NCBI GenBank assembly: GCA_002238425.1 | Contig: MPMJ01000006.1 | Location: 5,149 to 69,148 of the forward strand | Source of the DNA: SAR202 cluster bacterium bin16 | GTDB taxonomy: Bacteria > Chloroflexota > Dehalococcoidia > Lucifugimonadales > Australimonadaceae | Length of the DNA: 64,000 bases | Direction: 5' to 3' | Part shown: positions 9,853 to 19,032 of the stretch, one piece after another | Position numbering within the stretch: the first letter of the stretch is position 1 | Layout of the letters: each line of letters opens with the position of its first letter | Made by a program: the position numbers and the translations under genes | The notes under the pieces: generated by a model | What the model saw: the letters and a program-made list of their open reading frames with translations, nothing else | What the model was told of the DNA's origin: nothing | Database searches by the model: none

Positions 9853-10185
9853 ATGACCACGCAACCCACAACCAGCCAGCCCCCGAGCGTTGAAGAGCGC
9901 CTGAGCAGGCTCGAAGGCGGCTATGACCGCATCGGCGACCTCGTGCAGTTAGTCGCCGGCCTCCGCACGGACATGAACGCCTTCCGCGCGGACATGAACG
10001 CGCAGTTCGAAAGCCTGCGCGCCGAGACCAATCAGCGCATCGAGAGCCTGCGCGCCGAAACCAACCAGCAGATCGAGAGCATGCGCGTCGAGATGAGCAA
10101 GAACGCCCGCACGACCTACGTCCTGCTGAGCACCTCGTGGCTCGCGCTCATGCTCACCACCGTCGGGATCAACTTCCTGACGTAG
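9853..10185 (+). CDS. Coiled-coil protein with C-terminal TM anchor (DUF1640/CCDC90-like)
   Basis: EERLSRLEG, 11-aa repeats (ESLRAETNQRI), hydrophobic tail; GAGGAG RBS. Confidence 0.7.
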   Translation: MTTQPTTSQPPSVEERLSRLEGGYDRIGDLVQLVAGLRTDMNAFRADMNAQFESLRAETNQRIESLRAETNQQIESMRVEMSKNARTTYVLLSTSWLALMLTTVGINFLT

Positions 10186-10212
10186 CCTCTCCACCCAACA
10201 ACGGACGAGCGC

Positions 10213-10598
10213 CAAGAGGGCCTGTAAGCCGGATTCTGTATCCCGTGCGGGGCACGGGACGGCGGCCATCTATCTGGTCCCTCCGTTGCCGGAAGGGATC
10301 GTGCGGCCTACCCGGGGACAGCAGCCGGGCGCTGCGCTCCGCAGAGCGGAGACGTCCCCCTATTTGGCCTTGCTCCGGGTGGGGTTTGCCAGCATCCCGG
10401 CTTGCGCCGGGACCTGGTGCGCTCTTGCCGCACCGTTTCACCCTTGCCTGTCCCTCGCGTTGCCGCGAGGCCATCGGCGCTATCGTCTCTGTGGCACTTT
10501 CCGTCGCATCGCTGCGCCTGGGCGTTACCCAGCACCCTGCCCTGTGGAGTCCGGACTTTCCTCCCCGGCGACGCCGGAGCGGCCGCCCGGCCCTCTTG
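10213..10598 (-). ncRNA. rnpB: RNase P RNA (type A)
   Basis: Minus strand GAGGAAAGTCCGG and ACAGAATCCGGCTTA conserved P4 motifs; P1 helix CAAGAGGGCC/GGCCCTCTTG; TATACT -10 at 10607-10612. Confidence 0.97.
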
Positions 10599-10649
10599 AC
10601 GTGTCCAGTATACGCCCTGCGGGGGCGTGCTCGGCGTGGCGCCTCTGCC

Positions 10650-11531
10650 CTACGCGCCATTGCCGCGGGCTGCACTCCATCGGGACTTGAAGAGGAGTTG
10701 TCCTGCCCAGCCGGCGTACTTGCCGAAGCGCGCACGGGCAACCTCGCCCAGCTGCTTGTCGCTGAGACGGGGGCTAGTGGGAAAGTAGCGGGACATGAAT
10801 TCTCTTCTGATGTGGGTGTCTATCGGGAATGCTTCAGGTTTGTTCAGGGCAAACAGGGATATGCAATCGGCGATCTTCGGCCCGATGCCACGAAGCTGCA
10901 TGAGCCGTTGTCTCGCCTCAGCATAGGGAGTCTCGGATGATGAGAGCCGACTCAGGTCCAATTCGCCGCTGCAGATGAGACCGGCAGCATGCAGGATATG
11001 GCTGTGCCGTTCCAGGCCAAGCCGCATGGTACGTAGAGGTACCGGCCCTGCCTCCAGGACTCGTTCAGGGCTTGGAAACGTGTAGCGAATATCCTGACCG
11101 AGCTGTACCCGCTCTCCGAGTTCCTCGGCTATGTCCTCGAGGATCCTGCCTATGCTCTTGACGCTGTTGTTCGCAGAGCAGATGTAGGCAACCATGCATT
11201 CCCAGGGGTCGGGCTGCCGGAGCACCCTCAGGTAGAGGTAAGCCCGCGCCAGGGCTGCCATGTCAGGGTCCCGAGAAGAAAACGTGGCGTAGATGGCATC
11301 GATGTCCTCGTGGAGGCAAAAGTAGGAGATCAGAAGGGAATCGAGGTTGGTGTGGGCGCGGTATTCGAGGGCGCCATGGTCCTGGCGAATATGAACGATG
11401 TTTCCATCGAGAACGCCTGAGTGCCATCCCTGCTCCAGCTTCCGCCAACGAAAGTCCTGGGAACCGTCGAGGACATTGGCGAGATCGAAGGGATGGAGGG
11501 TCGATGAGGGGATCGGGAGGCGGGCCTGCAT
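10650..11531 (-). CDS. 8-oxoguanine DNA glycosylase (Ogg1-like, HhH-GPD)
   Basis: LRQPDPWECMVAYICSANNS; HhH LRGIGPKIADC and FPIDTH. Confidence 0.88.
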   Translation of the reverse strand: MQARLPIPSSTLHPFDLANVLDGSQDFRWRKLEQGWHSGVLDGNIVHIRQDHGALEYRAHTNLDSLLISYFCLHEDIDAIYATFSSRDPDMAALARAYLYLRVLRQPDPWECMVAYICSANNSVKSIGRILEDIAEELGERVQLGQDIRYTFPSPERVLEAGPVPLRTMRLGLERHSHILHAAGLICSGELDLSRLSSSETPYAEARQRLMQLRGIGPKIADCISLFALNKPEAFPIDTHIRREFMSRYFPTSPRLSDKQLGEVARARFGKYAGWAGQLLFKSRWSAARGNGA

Positions 11532-11694
11532 CGGAACTCCTAGAGGCTGGGTCAGGCAAGGACATTCTACTGTTCGTTGGATTCCATCGTTCCCAGACTC
11601 CGTTGCGCCAGACCTTCCCCGAGAGGATGTTGCGCGCTAAGGCGCGGGCTCGGCGTGGCGTAGTTCTTCCCACCTTCGCAGGAACAACGGGCCG

Positions 11695-13065
11695 CTAGCG
11701 GAGGGTGACCTCCGTTTTGCCGCGTTTGACGGTGACCTTCGAGACGACGGAGCGGAGGAGGTCGCGGCGCTCGGGGTCTGGGAGGTTGTCCCAGTCGTTG
11801 AGGATCTTCGTGACGTTGGCTTCGAGCCGGGCGCGGGCAGCCTTGCTGTCGCCTGCCTGCCTGACCTGCTCGCCGAGGTCCTGCTTGATGGCGCGCAACT
11901 GCTCCAGGCCGCCGCGCAGCGTCGAGAGGGACATCGTGCCGTTCGCAGCGCGCTGCACGCCCTCCATGAACTGCTTGTCGAGCGAGTGGATCGTCGTTTC
12001 ACAGCGGGTCTTGTCGCCCGCGAGCCATGAGACGTCGCCGGGGTCGTCGCCGCGCTCGCCCGCGGCGAGCCGCTCGCGCACGAGGCTCACGACGTCTGCC
12101 TCCAGTTCGTCGGCCTTCATGGTGCGGTAGTCGCACTGGTTGCGGTTGATGCGCGACTGGCACTGGTAGTAGCGGTATTGGGCGCGCGCCCGCTCGCCGT
12201 CCTTCCGGCGCCATGTCTGGCGGCGGACGATGCCCATCATCCGCTTGCCGCAGTGGTGGCAGTAGAGCAGGCCTGCGAGCAGGAACACGGGCGCGGGGCG
12301 CGAGGTGCGCTGCGACGGGCTCCGCTCCAGCAGCCGGTCCTGCGCCCGGCGGAAGTGCACCGACGAGACGATGGGCTCGTAGCTGCCCGGTATGCGCATC
12401 CCGAAGCGGTGGTACGTGCCGATGTACGCCGCGTTGCGCAGGACGTCCCGCACGGTCACGAGACTCCACCGGCGTCCGCTCCTCGTGCGGATGTTCCGCC
12501 TGTTCAGCTCCGCGGCGACCGACCGGACGCTGCCGCCGGGCTCCAGGTAGAGGCGGAAGATCGTCTTGACGACCTCCGACTCCTTCGGCGAGACGTGGAA
12601 CGCGCCGTCAGCGGTGACGTAGTAGCCGTAGGGCGGCTTGCCGAGGGCAAGGCCCTTCGCGGCCTTCGCCATCATCCCCGCCCTGATGCGCGCGCTCCGC
12701 TGCGCCGCCTTGCGGGAGTTGCGGAGCGCGTTCTGCAGCGGGTCCGGCAGGTCGAGGTCGTCGCAGACCACCTTGGAGGAGAGCGCGTCCATCTCCAGCA
12801 CGCGCTCCACCTGCTCTTCCAGCGTCGGGCCGAGGTGGACCGCGTCCGGCGTCACGACCAGATAGCCTTGGCGGTTCTGACGGATGAAGTCCATCATCTC
12901 CTGCCAGCCTTCGCCGCCGCCCTCGCCCTTGAGATCGGCGAACGTCCCGTGCGGGATGTGCCGCCGCGTCTCGCAGTACTCGTGGAACGCGTGCATCAGC
13001 GCCTCGCTGGCTGCGCGGGCGTTCCGGGCCTCCGTGTCCACGGTGAAATAGCCGATAGCTCGCAT
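11695..13065 (-). CDS. Large serine recombinase-family protein, degenerate catalytic domain
   Basis: PPYGY, recombinase domain (LRNAAYIG, EPIVS), Zn ribbon LLAGLLYCHHCG and YYQC. The N-terminus reads GYFTVDT instead of YxRVST. Confidence 0.82.
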   Translation of the reverse strand: MRAIGYFTVDTEARNARAASEALMHAFHEYCETRRHIPHGTFADLKGEGGGEGWQEMMDFIRQNRQGYLVVTPDAVHLGPTLEEQVERVLEMDALSSKVVCDDLDLPDPLQNALRNSRKAAQRSARIRAGMMAKAAKGLALGKPPYGYYVTADGAFHVSPKESEVVKTIFRLYLEPGGSVRSVAAELNRRNIRTRSGRRWSLVTVRDVLRNAAYIGTYHRFGMRIPGSYEPIVSSVHFRRAQDRLLERSPSQRTSRPAPVFLLAGLLYCHHCGKRMMGIVRRQTWRRKDGERARAQYRYYQCQSRINRNQCDYRTMKADELEADVVSLVRERLAAGERGDDPGDVSWLAGDKTRCETTIHSLDKQFMEGVQRAANGTMSLSTLRGGLEQLRAIKQDLGEQVRQAGDSKAARARLEANVTKILNDWDNLPDPERRDLLRSVVSKVTVKRGKTEVTLR

Positions 13066-13140
13066 CGCTCTACTCCATGTTGTTTTCTTGTTCGGTTGTC
13101 TTCATGTGCCTCATTCGCACACCCCACACCGCCCCCACAG

Positions 13141-13262
13141 TACCCTCACCCTAGCCCTCTCCCCTTGTAGGGAGAGGGGATCAGACAATCCCACCATTCC
13201 TCGCCACTTCACCCTAACCGCGCTGAAGCGTGTTGCCCTCCCCCCCTGCAGGGAGAGGGAGC
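13141..13262. repeat. REP-like palindromes (CCCTCACCC...GGGAGAGGG family)
   Basis: TACCCTCACCCTAGCCCTCTCCCCTTGTAGGGAGAGGGGATCAG; copies at about 18728, 29565 and 39355. Confidence 0.82.
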
Positions 13263-13266
13263 AGAA

Positions 13267-13965
13267 CTACTCCGGAAGCAGGATGCGCCCGCAGTTCGGA
13301 CATCGAACCGGGGCTGAGGAGGTGCGTACCTCCTGTGCCGTGCGCATCGGGACTCCGACGCGGCACGTGTTGCATGCGTTGTTGTGCATCTGTGCGACGG
13401 GATGCGTGTGGTTCCTGCGCACCTGTTCGTACAGCGCGACCTCCGGCGGCGGGGTCCGGGCGACCGCGTCGGCGCGCCGGCGTTCCAAGTCGGTCACTTC
13501 AGCCTCGAGCCGCTGCTTCTCGGCTGTGAGCGACTCCTGTTCCGCCGCCCACGAGACTTTCAGCGACTCCAGCTCCTTCGCGGAGGCGTCCCTCGCGCCG
13601 CGCGCCGTGTCCAACTCCACCATCACTTCGAGGAGCGAGTCCTCCTCGTGGCCCCGCTGCCGCTTGAGCATGTTGACGTCGGCCTGGAGGTCCTGCAGTT
13701 CGCGGGGGTTCACGACCACGCCGCTGTAGAGCCTCTTCTCGGCGGCGTCCACGCGCTCGGTGAAACCGGCGATGACAGAGTCGAACTCCTGCTGGCGGGA
13801 GAGTGCCGAGTCGACGTCCGTCTGCTCCGACGCCAGGCGCTGGGTCAGCGTGCGTATCGCCGAGTCGTCGCCGAGGAGCGGCGCGATCTCGGCCAGCCTC
13901 GCACGGCGGACGACAAGCTCACCGTCCACGGATTGCAGCGCGAGCAGTTCACGGGTCGCGGGCAT
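13267..13965 (-). CDS. C4-type zinc ribbon coiled-coil protein (DUF164/CT398-like)
   Basis: Long coiled coil, NPRELQDLQ, CNTC and CPNCGRIL. Confidence 0.88.
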   Translation of the reverse strand: MPATRELLALQSVDGELVVRRARLAEIAPLLGDDSAIRTLTQRLASEQTDVDSALSRQQEFDSVIAGFTERVDAAEKRLYSGVVVNPRELQDLQADVNMLKRQRGHEEDSLLEVMVELDTARGARDASAKELESLKVSWAAEQESLTAEKQRLEAEVTDLERRRADAVARTPPPEVALYEQVRRNHTHPVAQMHNNACNTCRVGVPMRTAQEVRTSSAPVRCPNCGRILLPE

Positions 13966-14044
13966 GGGGCAATTCTAGGGAGCGGGAACCTGCCCGTACA
14001 TGAAAAAGGGATGCGCGTTAGGGGCTAACGCAAGTGGGGGTGCG

Positions 14045-14245
14045 TGTCATCCTGAGCCCTTCGGCAAGCTCAGGACAGGCTCTGTCGAAGGATCTCTCTG
14101 GAAGACGCCTCGTTCTCCACGGACGTTCCCCGAGAGATTCCTCGGCTCCGCTGCTCTCCGCTCGGAATGACAACTAAAGGGTGCGCTGCGCTCCGGCTCG
14201 GAATGGCAAATAAAGGGTGCGCTGCACCCCGCTCGGGATGACAAG
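14045..14245. repeat. REP-like palindrome cluster
   Basis: GTCATCCTGAGCCCTTCGGCAAGCTCAGGAC, GAGATTCCTCGGCTCCG...CGCTCGGAATGAC and tandem derivatives. Confidence 0.8.
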
Positions 14246-14252
14246 TCGCCCG

Positions 14253-14912
14253 CTAACGGGCGCGCCAGGCGATGCCCAGCTCGGCGCCGAGCGCCGTGGC
14301 CACGACGTACGCGGCCTCCTTCAGTTCCGGCGCACGCTCCGGCTGCGGTGCGCTCCCGAGGAGCGCGGCCAGCGAGGTCACCGGCCTGTCGCCGATGCCG
14401 CAGGGGACGATGGGCTCGTACGCGCGGAGGTCGGTGGCGACGTTCAGGGCGAAGCCGTGCATCGTGACGCCGCGCGAGACCTTCACGCCAATCGCCGCGA
14501 TCTTCCCCGCGCCTGTCCACACGCCCGTCAGCCCTTCCTCGCGATGCGCGAGGACGCCGTACTCGGCCAGCGAGGCGATCAGGGCGCTCTCTACCGCCGC
14601 GACGTACCGCTTCGGTCCCAGGCCAAGCTCGGTGAGCGACACGATGGGGTAGCCCACGAGCTGCCCGGGCCCGTGGTACGTCGTCTGCCCGCCCCTGTCG
14701 GTCTCGACAAGCGGGGCGTCGAGCTGCGCGAGCACGTCCTCCGACACGGAGCGCCGTCCTGCGGTGTAGACCGGCGCGTGGCCCATCAGCAGCAGCGTGT
14801 TGCCGCGCTCGCCGGCAACCCGCTCTTCGAGCAGCTCGCGCTGGAGGCCCCACGCCCACGCGTAGTCGATGCCCTCGCCGAGCCAGTGGACCTCGCCGTG
14901 GTGTGGTGTCAT
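14253..14912 (-). CDS. lipB: Lipoyl(octanoyl) transferase
   Basis: TDRGGQTTYHGPGQLVGYPI, KIAAIG, HGFALNV, IVPCGI. Confidence 0.93.
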   Translation of the reverse strand: MTPHHGEVHWLGEGIDYAWAWGLQRELLEERVAGERGNTLLLMGHAPVYTAGRRSVSEDVLAQLDAPLVETDRGGQTTYHGPGQLVGYPIVSLTELGLGPKRYVAAVESALIASLAEYGVLAHREEGLTGVWTGAGKIAAIGVKVSRGVTMHGFALNVATDLRAYEPIVPCGIGDRPVTSLAALLGSAPQPERAPELKEAAYVVATALGAELGIAWRAR

Positions 14913-15092
14913 CTCAGAAACCACCGTCATCCAGGGGTAGACGTCGGAGCAGTGATTGCTCGTAAATGAAGAGACGCCCCCAGTTGGGGGCGTCGGCCCA
15001 GTGATGCTATCACTGGGGGGGTGAAGCCATTTCACACCGATGTGCCTCAGATGTCAAGCGCGAATAGTCCCCTACCCACACGAGCTGAACAC

Positions 15093-15716
15093 ATGACACA
15101 GCGGGTCGCAGTCTATATCGACGGGCTCAATCTCTACCAAGGTCTCAAACAGCAGAGGTGGCAGCGTTACTACTGGCTAGACCTGCGCCTCCTGTCCCTG
15201 AGACTGCTGCGAGCCGACCAGCAACTGGTGGCAGTCCGCTATTTCACTGCTGTTGTGCGTCCGGTGCCCCATGACGCAGACAAACCCAAGCGGCAGGGCA
15301 CCTACCTGGAGGCACTAGCTACTCTTCCCGACCTGCATATCCACTATGGATACCATCTCGCAAAGAGACGGCGCTGCCCTCACTGCGGAGCCATTGAGCA
15401 AACCTACGAGGAGAAGATGACCGACGTGAACATAGCGGTCGAACTGCTCGGCGACGCCCAGGACGACCTCTTCGATACCGCCCTCGTCATATCAGGAGAT
15501 GGCGACCTGGCCGGACCCGTGCGCACCATCGGCGAGCGCTATCCCGCAAAGCGAGCTGTAGTCGCTTTCCCACCGGCCCGACATTCCGCAGCGCTTCGCC
15601 AAGCAGCGAGAGGTTTCTTCACGATAAGCCGCAGTGCTCTCAGGGACAGCCAGTTCCCCGATCGCGTATCCAACTCCGATGGCTATGTGCTGACGCGTCC
15701 TTCGAGTTGGCAATGA
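15093..15716 (+). CDS. NYN/LabA (DUF88) PIN-like nuclease
   Basis: VYIDGLNLY, EEKMTDVNIA, ISGDGDL; internal CPHC; ends RPSSWQ. Confidence 0.88.
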   Translation: MTQRVAVYIDGLNLYQGLKQQRWQRYYWLDLRLLSLRLLRADQQLVAVRYFTAVVRPVPHDADKPKRQGTYLEALATLPDLHIHYGYHLAKRRRCPHCGAIEQTYEEKMTDVNIAVELLGDAQDDLFDTALVISGDGDLAGPVRTIGERYPAKRAVVAFPPARHSAALRQAARGFFTISRSALRDSQFPDRVSNSDGYVLTRPSSWQ

Positions 15717-15732
15717 GACCCACCGCGCCGCG

Positions 15733-16584
15733 CTACACCGTGAACTTCATGAGGTCTTCACCGAAGATCAACGTTCTGTCGTAATTGGCACTGATGACCT
15801 CGCGCGACCATGGTTCGTCGACGTCTCCCATGTGGGTGGCGACTACGTGCGGGACGAGGGACCGGGCGGCGACGTCCGCGAGACCGTGCGGGCAGGTGTG
15901 CGAGTTGGCGATGCGCCGCGCGAACTCCGTGAGGTTCTCCCGGTCTACGTCGTGGTAGTCGCGGCCGTCGGGCGCGGGGCCGCCCCGGTGCGGCTGGGTG
16001 TACATCAACTCGTGCAGCAGCATGTCCGAGGTGGAGGCGGCCTCGACGATGGCGTCGCTCACCGCCGTATCGCCGGAGATGACCAGTTTGCTGTTGTCGT
16101 CCTCGAACACGAAGCCGAGGGCGGGCTTCACGTAGCCGTGCTCGACCTCAAGCGCGGTGGCTCGCCAGCCGTTGCCCTCGACATGGTCGCCGTGGTCGAC
16201 CTCGATAACGCGCACGTTCATGACGTCCTCGCCCACGCGGTCGTGGAGCCGGCGGATGCGGATGTCCTCCTCGAAGGCGTGGACGAGGCGGTCGACGAAG
16301 TCCCTCGTGCGCGCCGGGCCGACGACGGTGAACGGTCGCTTGCGGTAGCGGATCCAGCCGGTGAGCAGCACGTGGGCGAGGTCGATGGTGTGGTCCGAGT
16401 GCATGTGGGTAAGGAAGATGTAGTCCAGCTCCGCGGTGTCCTGCCCGATCTCCACCATGCGGCGCACGCAGCCGGTGCCCGTGTCCACGAGGACGGACTC
16501 CCCGCCGATGCGGAGGAGGTTGCTAGGCCCCGCGCGCTGCGGGCTGGGCTGGGGCGTGCCTGTGCCGAGCAGGGTCAGTTCCAT
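15733..16584 (-). CDS. MBL-fold hydrolase (RNase Z/AtsA-like)
   Basis: LLGTGTP, THMHSDH, ISGDT, LLHE motifs. Confidence 0.88.
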   Translation of the reverse strand: MELTLLGTGTPQPSPQRAGPSNLLRIGGESVLVDTGTGCVRRMVEIGQDTAELDYIFLTHMHSDHTIDLAHVLLTGWIRYRKRPFTVVGPARTRDFVDRLVHAFEEDIRIRRLHDRVGEDVMNVRVIEVDHGDHVEGNGWRATALEVEHGYVKPALGFVFEDDNSKLVISGDTAVSDAIVEAASTSDMLLHELMYTQPHRGGPAPDGRDYHDVDRENLTEFARRIANSHTCPHGLADVAARSLVPHVVATHMGDVDEPWSREVISANYDRTLIFGEDLMKFTV

Positions 16585-16701
16585 GGGGCGTTGCTCCTTC
16601 GTTGGTGCGCCTGCGGCTTCAGACAAGTGGGTCGTGTCTCAGTTTGACGACGAGGGGCGCAGGAAAGAGAGTGAGGATCATGTGCAGCGGAACATTCGAC
16701 A

Positions 16702-17004
16702 TTATAGAGACCCCCATAGTCGGGAAGCGTCATCCGCCCTCTGTTGTATCTGTGCTGCTAGAACGCGTGCAGCCCCTACCGTGAGTGAAGTCGCCGCAAC
16801 CATGCGAACAGGCCCATCGACCAGAAACCGGAGAGTGATTTCTGCTGCATACTGGTCGGCTCGCGGTATATCAGGCACTTCGATGTTGTACCCAGCCATC
16901 ATGTAGTGGGGCAGGTTGAGTTCTCCTTGAAACTCAGCGTGTGCGAACGGTTCTGTCATCTCCATTCCTCTCTGTGTCTCTTCTCGGGTGTCTTCCCTCG
17001 TCAC
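16702..17004 (-). CDS. Hypothetical protein
   Basis: ORF overlapping the upstream gene stop; lower-GC segment. Confidence 0.4.
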   Translation of the reverse strand: MTREDTREETQRGMEMTEPFAHAEFQGELNLPHYMMAGYNIEVPDIPRADQYAAEITLRFLVDGPVRMVAATSLTVGAARVLAAQIQQRADDASRLWGSL

Positions 17005-17333
17005 TCGTTCTCTAGTTCGCGCTGAGCGCGTTTGAACTCAGCGGCCTTTACGGTAGCTTTGCGCTTCTCTTCCTGAGTGTTCCTCATTGCTGCGCCGACC
17101 ATAAGCAAGATTGTCAGCAGGGCAGCCAAGACAGCGAGGGGCCATATCGTCCAGTCTGGAAGTTCAGCGTCGAACAGTAGAAACGGAAGTGACGCGAGCA
17201 AGAACAGCACCAACAGCATGAGCAGGAAGATGCACGGCCCGCAGAGGATCAGCCCGAAGACTGAGGCGAAAGCGGCCTTCACCTTATCGCCGGCGCTCAG
17301 TTGTATTTCGGGTTCCTTCATGGTGTAGTCCAC
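17001..17333 (-). CDS. Hypothetical membrane protein
   Basis: Two long hydrophobic stretches; AAGGAG RBS. Confidence 0.55.
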   Translation of the reverse strand: MDYTMKEPEIQLSAGDKVKAAFASVFGLILCGPCIFLLMLLVLFLLASLPFLLFDAELPDWTIWPLAVLAALLTILLMVGAAMRNTQEEKRKATVKAAEFKRAQRELENE

Positions 17334-17429
17334 TGTCTCCTTTGGTCGTCGGCGTTTAGGTGGGAGGATGCGGGGATGACGGAAAAGGGATGCGAGGTTC
17401 CTGCCTTCGCAGGAACGACGGGAGGTGCG

Positions 17430-18605
17430 CTAGTGGTGGAAAAGGCGGACGCCGGAGAGGGCCATGGTGATGCCGTATTCGGCGCAGGCGGCGGCTACGT
17501 CTTCGTCGCGGACGGAGCCGCCGGGCTGGACGACGTATTTCACGCCACTCATGGCGGCGCGGTCGATGTTGTCGCGGAAGGGGATGAAGGCGTCGGAGGC
17601 CATCGAGACGTTGGTGAGTTGGTCCAGCCACGCGCGGCGCTCGGCGGGGCTGAGGCGTTGCGGGGTCTCCGCGAACGCGGCGCGCCAGACCTGGTCCTCG
17701 GCGGGGGCGAGGTCGTCGCGGATGAAGCCGTCGACGGCGTTGTCGCGCTCGGGGCGCCCGATGCCTTCCCTGAACGGCAGTCCGAGCGTGGCCGGGTGCT
17801 GGCGCAGCCACCAGATGTCGGCCTTGTTGCCAGCGAGGCGCGTGCAGTGGATGCGCGACTGCTGCCCTGCCCCGTTTCCGATGACCTGGCCGTCGAGCGC
17901 GAGGCACATGGAGTTGGACTGCGTGAACTTGAGCGTGACCAGCGCCACGGTGAGGTCGCGCTGCGCCGATTCCGGCAGGCCGCCGTCGGCGCCTGTGACG
18001 TTGGCGAGCTGCGCGGCCCAGTCGGAGGTGCTGTTGCGGCCCTGCTGCATCCGCACGCCGAACACGGTGCGCGTCTCCTCGTCCGGCGGCTCGTAGTCGG
18101 GGTCGGCCTCCAGCATGCAGTAGCGCCCGCCCTGCTTGGCGGAGAGCAGCTCCGCAGCCTCCGGCGTGAAACCGGGCGCGATGATGCCGTCCGAGACCTC
18201 GCGGCGTATGAGGCGGGCTGTGGGTGCGTCGACCTCGTCCGAGAGCGCGATCCAGTCGCCGAACGACGAGACGCGGTCGGCGCCGCGGGCGCGGGCGTAG
18301 GCGGCAGCGAGGGGCGAGAGGGACGCGCCGTCGACGAAGTACGCCTGTGCGAGGGTGTCGCTGAGCGGTACGCCGACCGCCGCTCCGGCGGGGCTGACGT
18401 GCTTGAACGACGCCGCGGCGGGCATGCCGGTGGCGGCTCGGAGTTCGCGCACGAGTTGCCAGGAGTTGAGCGCGTCCAGCAGGTTGATGAAGCCGGGCGA
18501 GCCGTTACGGACCTCGAACGGGAGCGTTCCCTGCTCAACGAACGCCCTCGCAGGGGTCTGGTGGGGGTTCATCCCGTAGCGGAGTGTGATCTCGGACTCA
18601 GGCAT
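17430..18605 (-). CDS. purH: AICAR transformylase (PurH C-terminal part only, no IMP cyclohydrolase domain)
   Basis: LRYGMNPHQ, SFKHVSPAGAA, GAGQQSRIHC, ASDAFIPFRDN, GVRLFHH. Confidence 0.92.
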   Translation of the reverse strand: MPESEITLRYGMNPHQTPARAFVEQGTLPFEVRNGSPGFINLLDALNSWQLVRELRAATGMPAAASFKHVSPAGAAVGVPLSDTLAQAYFVDGASLSPLAAAYARARGADRVSSFGDWIALSDEVDAPTARLIRREVSDGIIAPGFTPEAAELLSAKQGGRYCMLEADPDYEPPDEETRTVFGVRMQQGRNSTSDWAAQLANVTGADGGLPESAQRDLTVALVTLKFTQSNSMCLALDGQVIGNGAGQQSRIHCTRLAGNKADIWWLRQHPATLGLPFREGIGRPERDNAVDGFIRDDLAPAEDQVWRAAFAETPQRLSPAERRAWLDQLTNVSMASDAFIPFRDNIDRAAMSGVKYVVQPGGSVRDEDVAAACAEYGITMALSGVRLFHH

Positions 18606-18659
18606 GCCTATCCTCGTTCAAGTTGTTCAGAGTAGCGTACCCGGCCCCACCACCCCGGT

Positions 18660-19015
18660 CACCCCCATCCTATCCTTCCCCCATCAAGGGGGAAGGGATC
18701 AGGCGCCCCAATGCCCCACCCCCGGGTACCCTCACCCCAACCCTCTCCCCTTGTAGGGAGAGGGGGTCAGACACTGTCATTCCGAGCGTAGCCGAGGAAT
18801 CTCTCGGGAACTGCATTGCGCATGCGAACGCTCCCCGAGAGGATGTTGCGCGCTAAAGCGCGGGCTTCGCTCAACATGACAATGCAAGGAGGCCTCGGCC
18901 TGAGTCAGCATAGGCGCCCCGCGCCGCTCCCCACCCCGTGTGCACTGCCCGTGCACTCTGGATTCCCGCTTTCGCGGGAATGACGGGGAATGGCGGGGAA
19001 TGGCAGGAATGACGG
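18660..19015. repeat. REP-like palindrome cluster
   Basis: CCCCATCCTATCCTTCCCCCATCAAGGGGGAAGGGA, CCCTCACCC family, GTCATTCCGAGCGTAGCCGAGGAATCTC and ATTCCCGCTTTCGCGGGAAT. Confidence 0.8.
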
Positions 19016-19032
19016 ACAACCATCCTTGCGCC

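Noticed and set aside
10137-10940. ORFs spanning 10137-10940
   Set aside because: They overlap rnpB and ogg and are spurious.
7431-13065. Intact prophage (terminase plus recombinase)
   Set aside because: There are no structural genes, rnpB lies between them, and the recombinase lacks its catalytic Ser.
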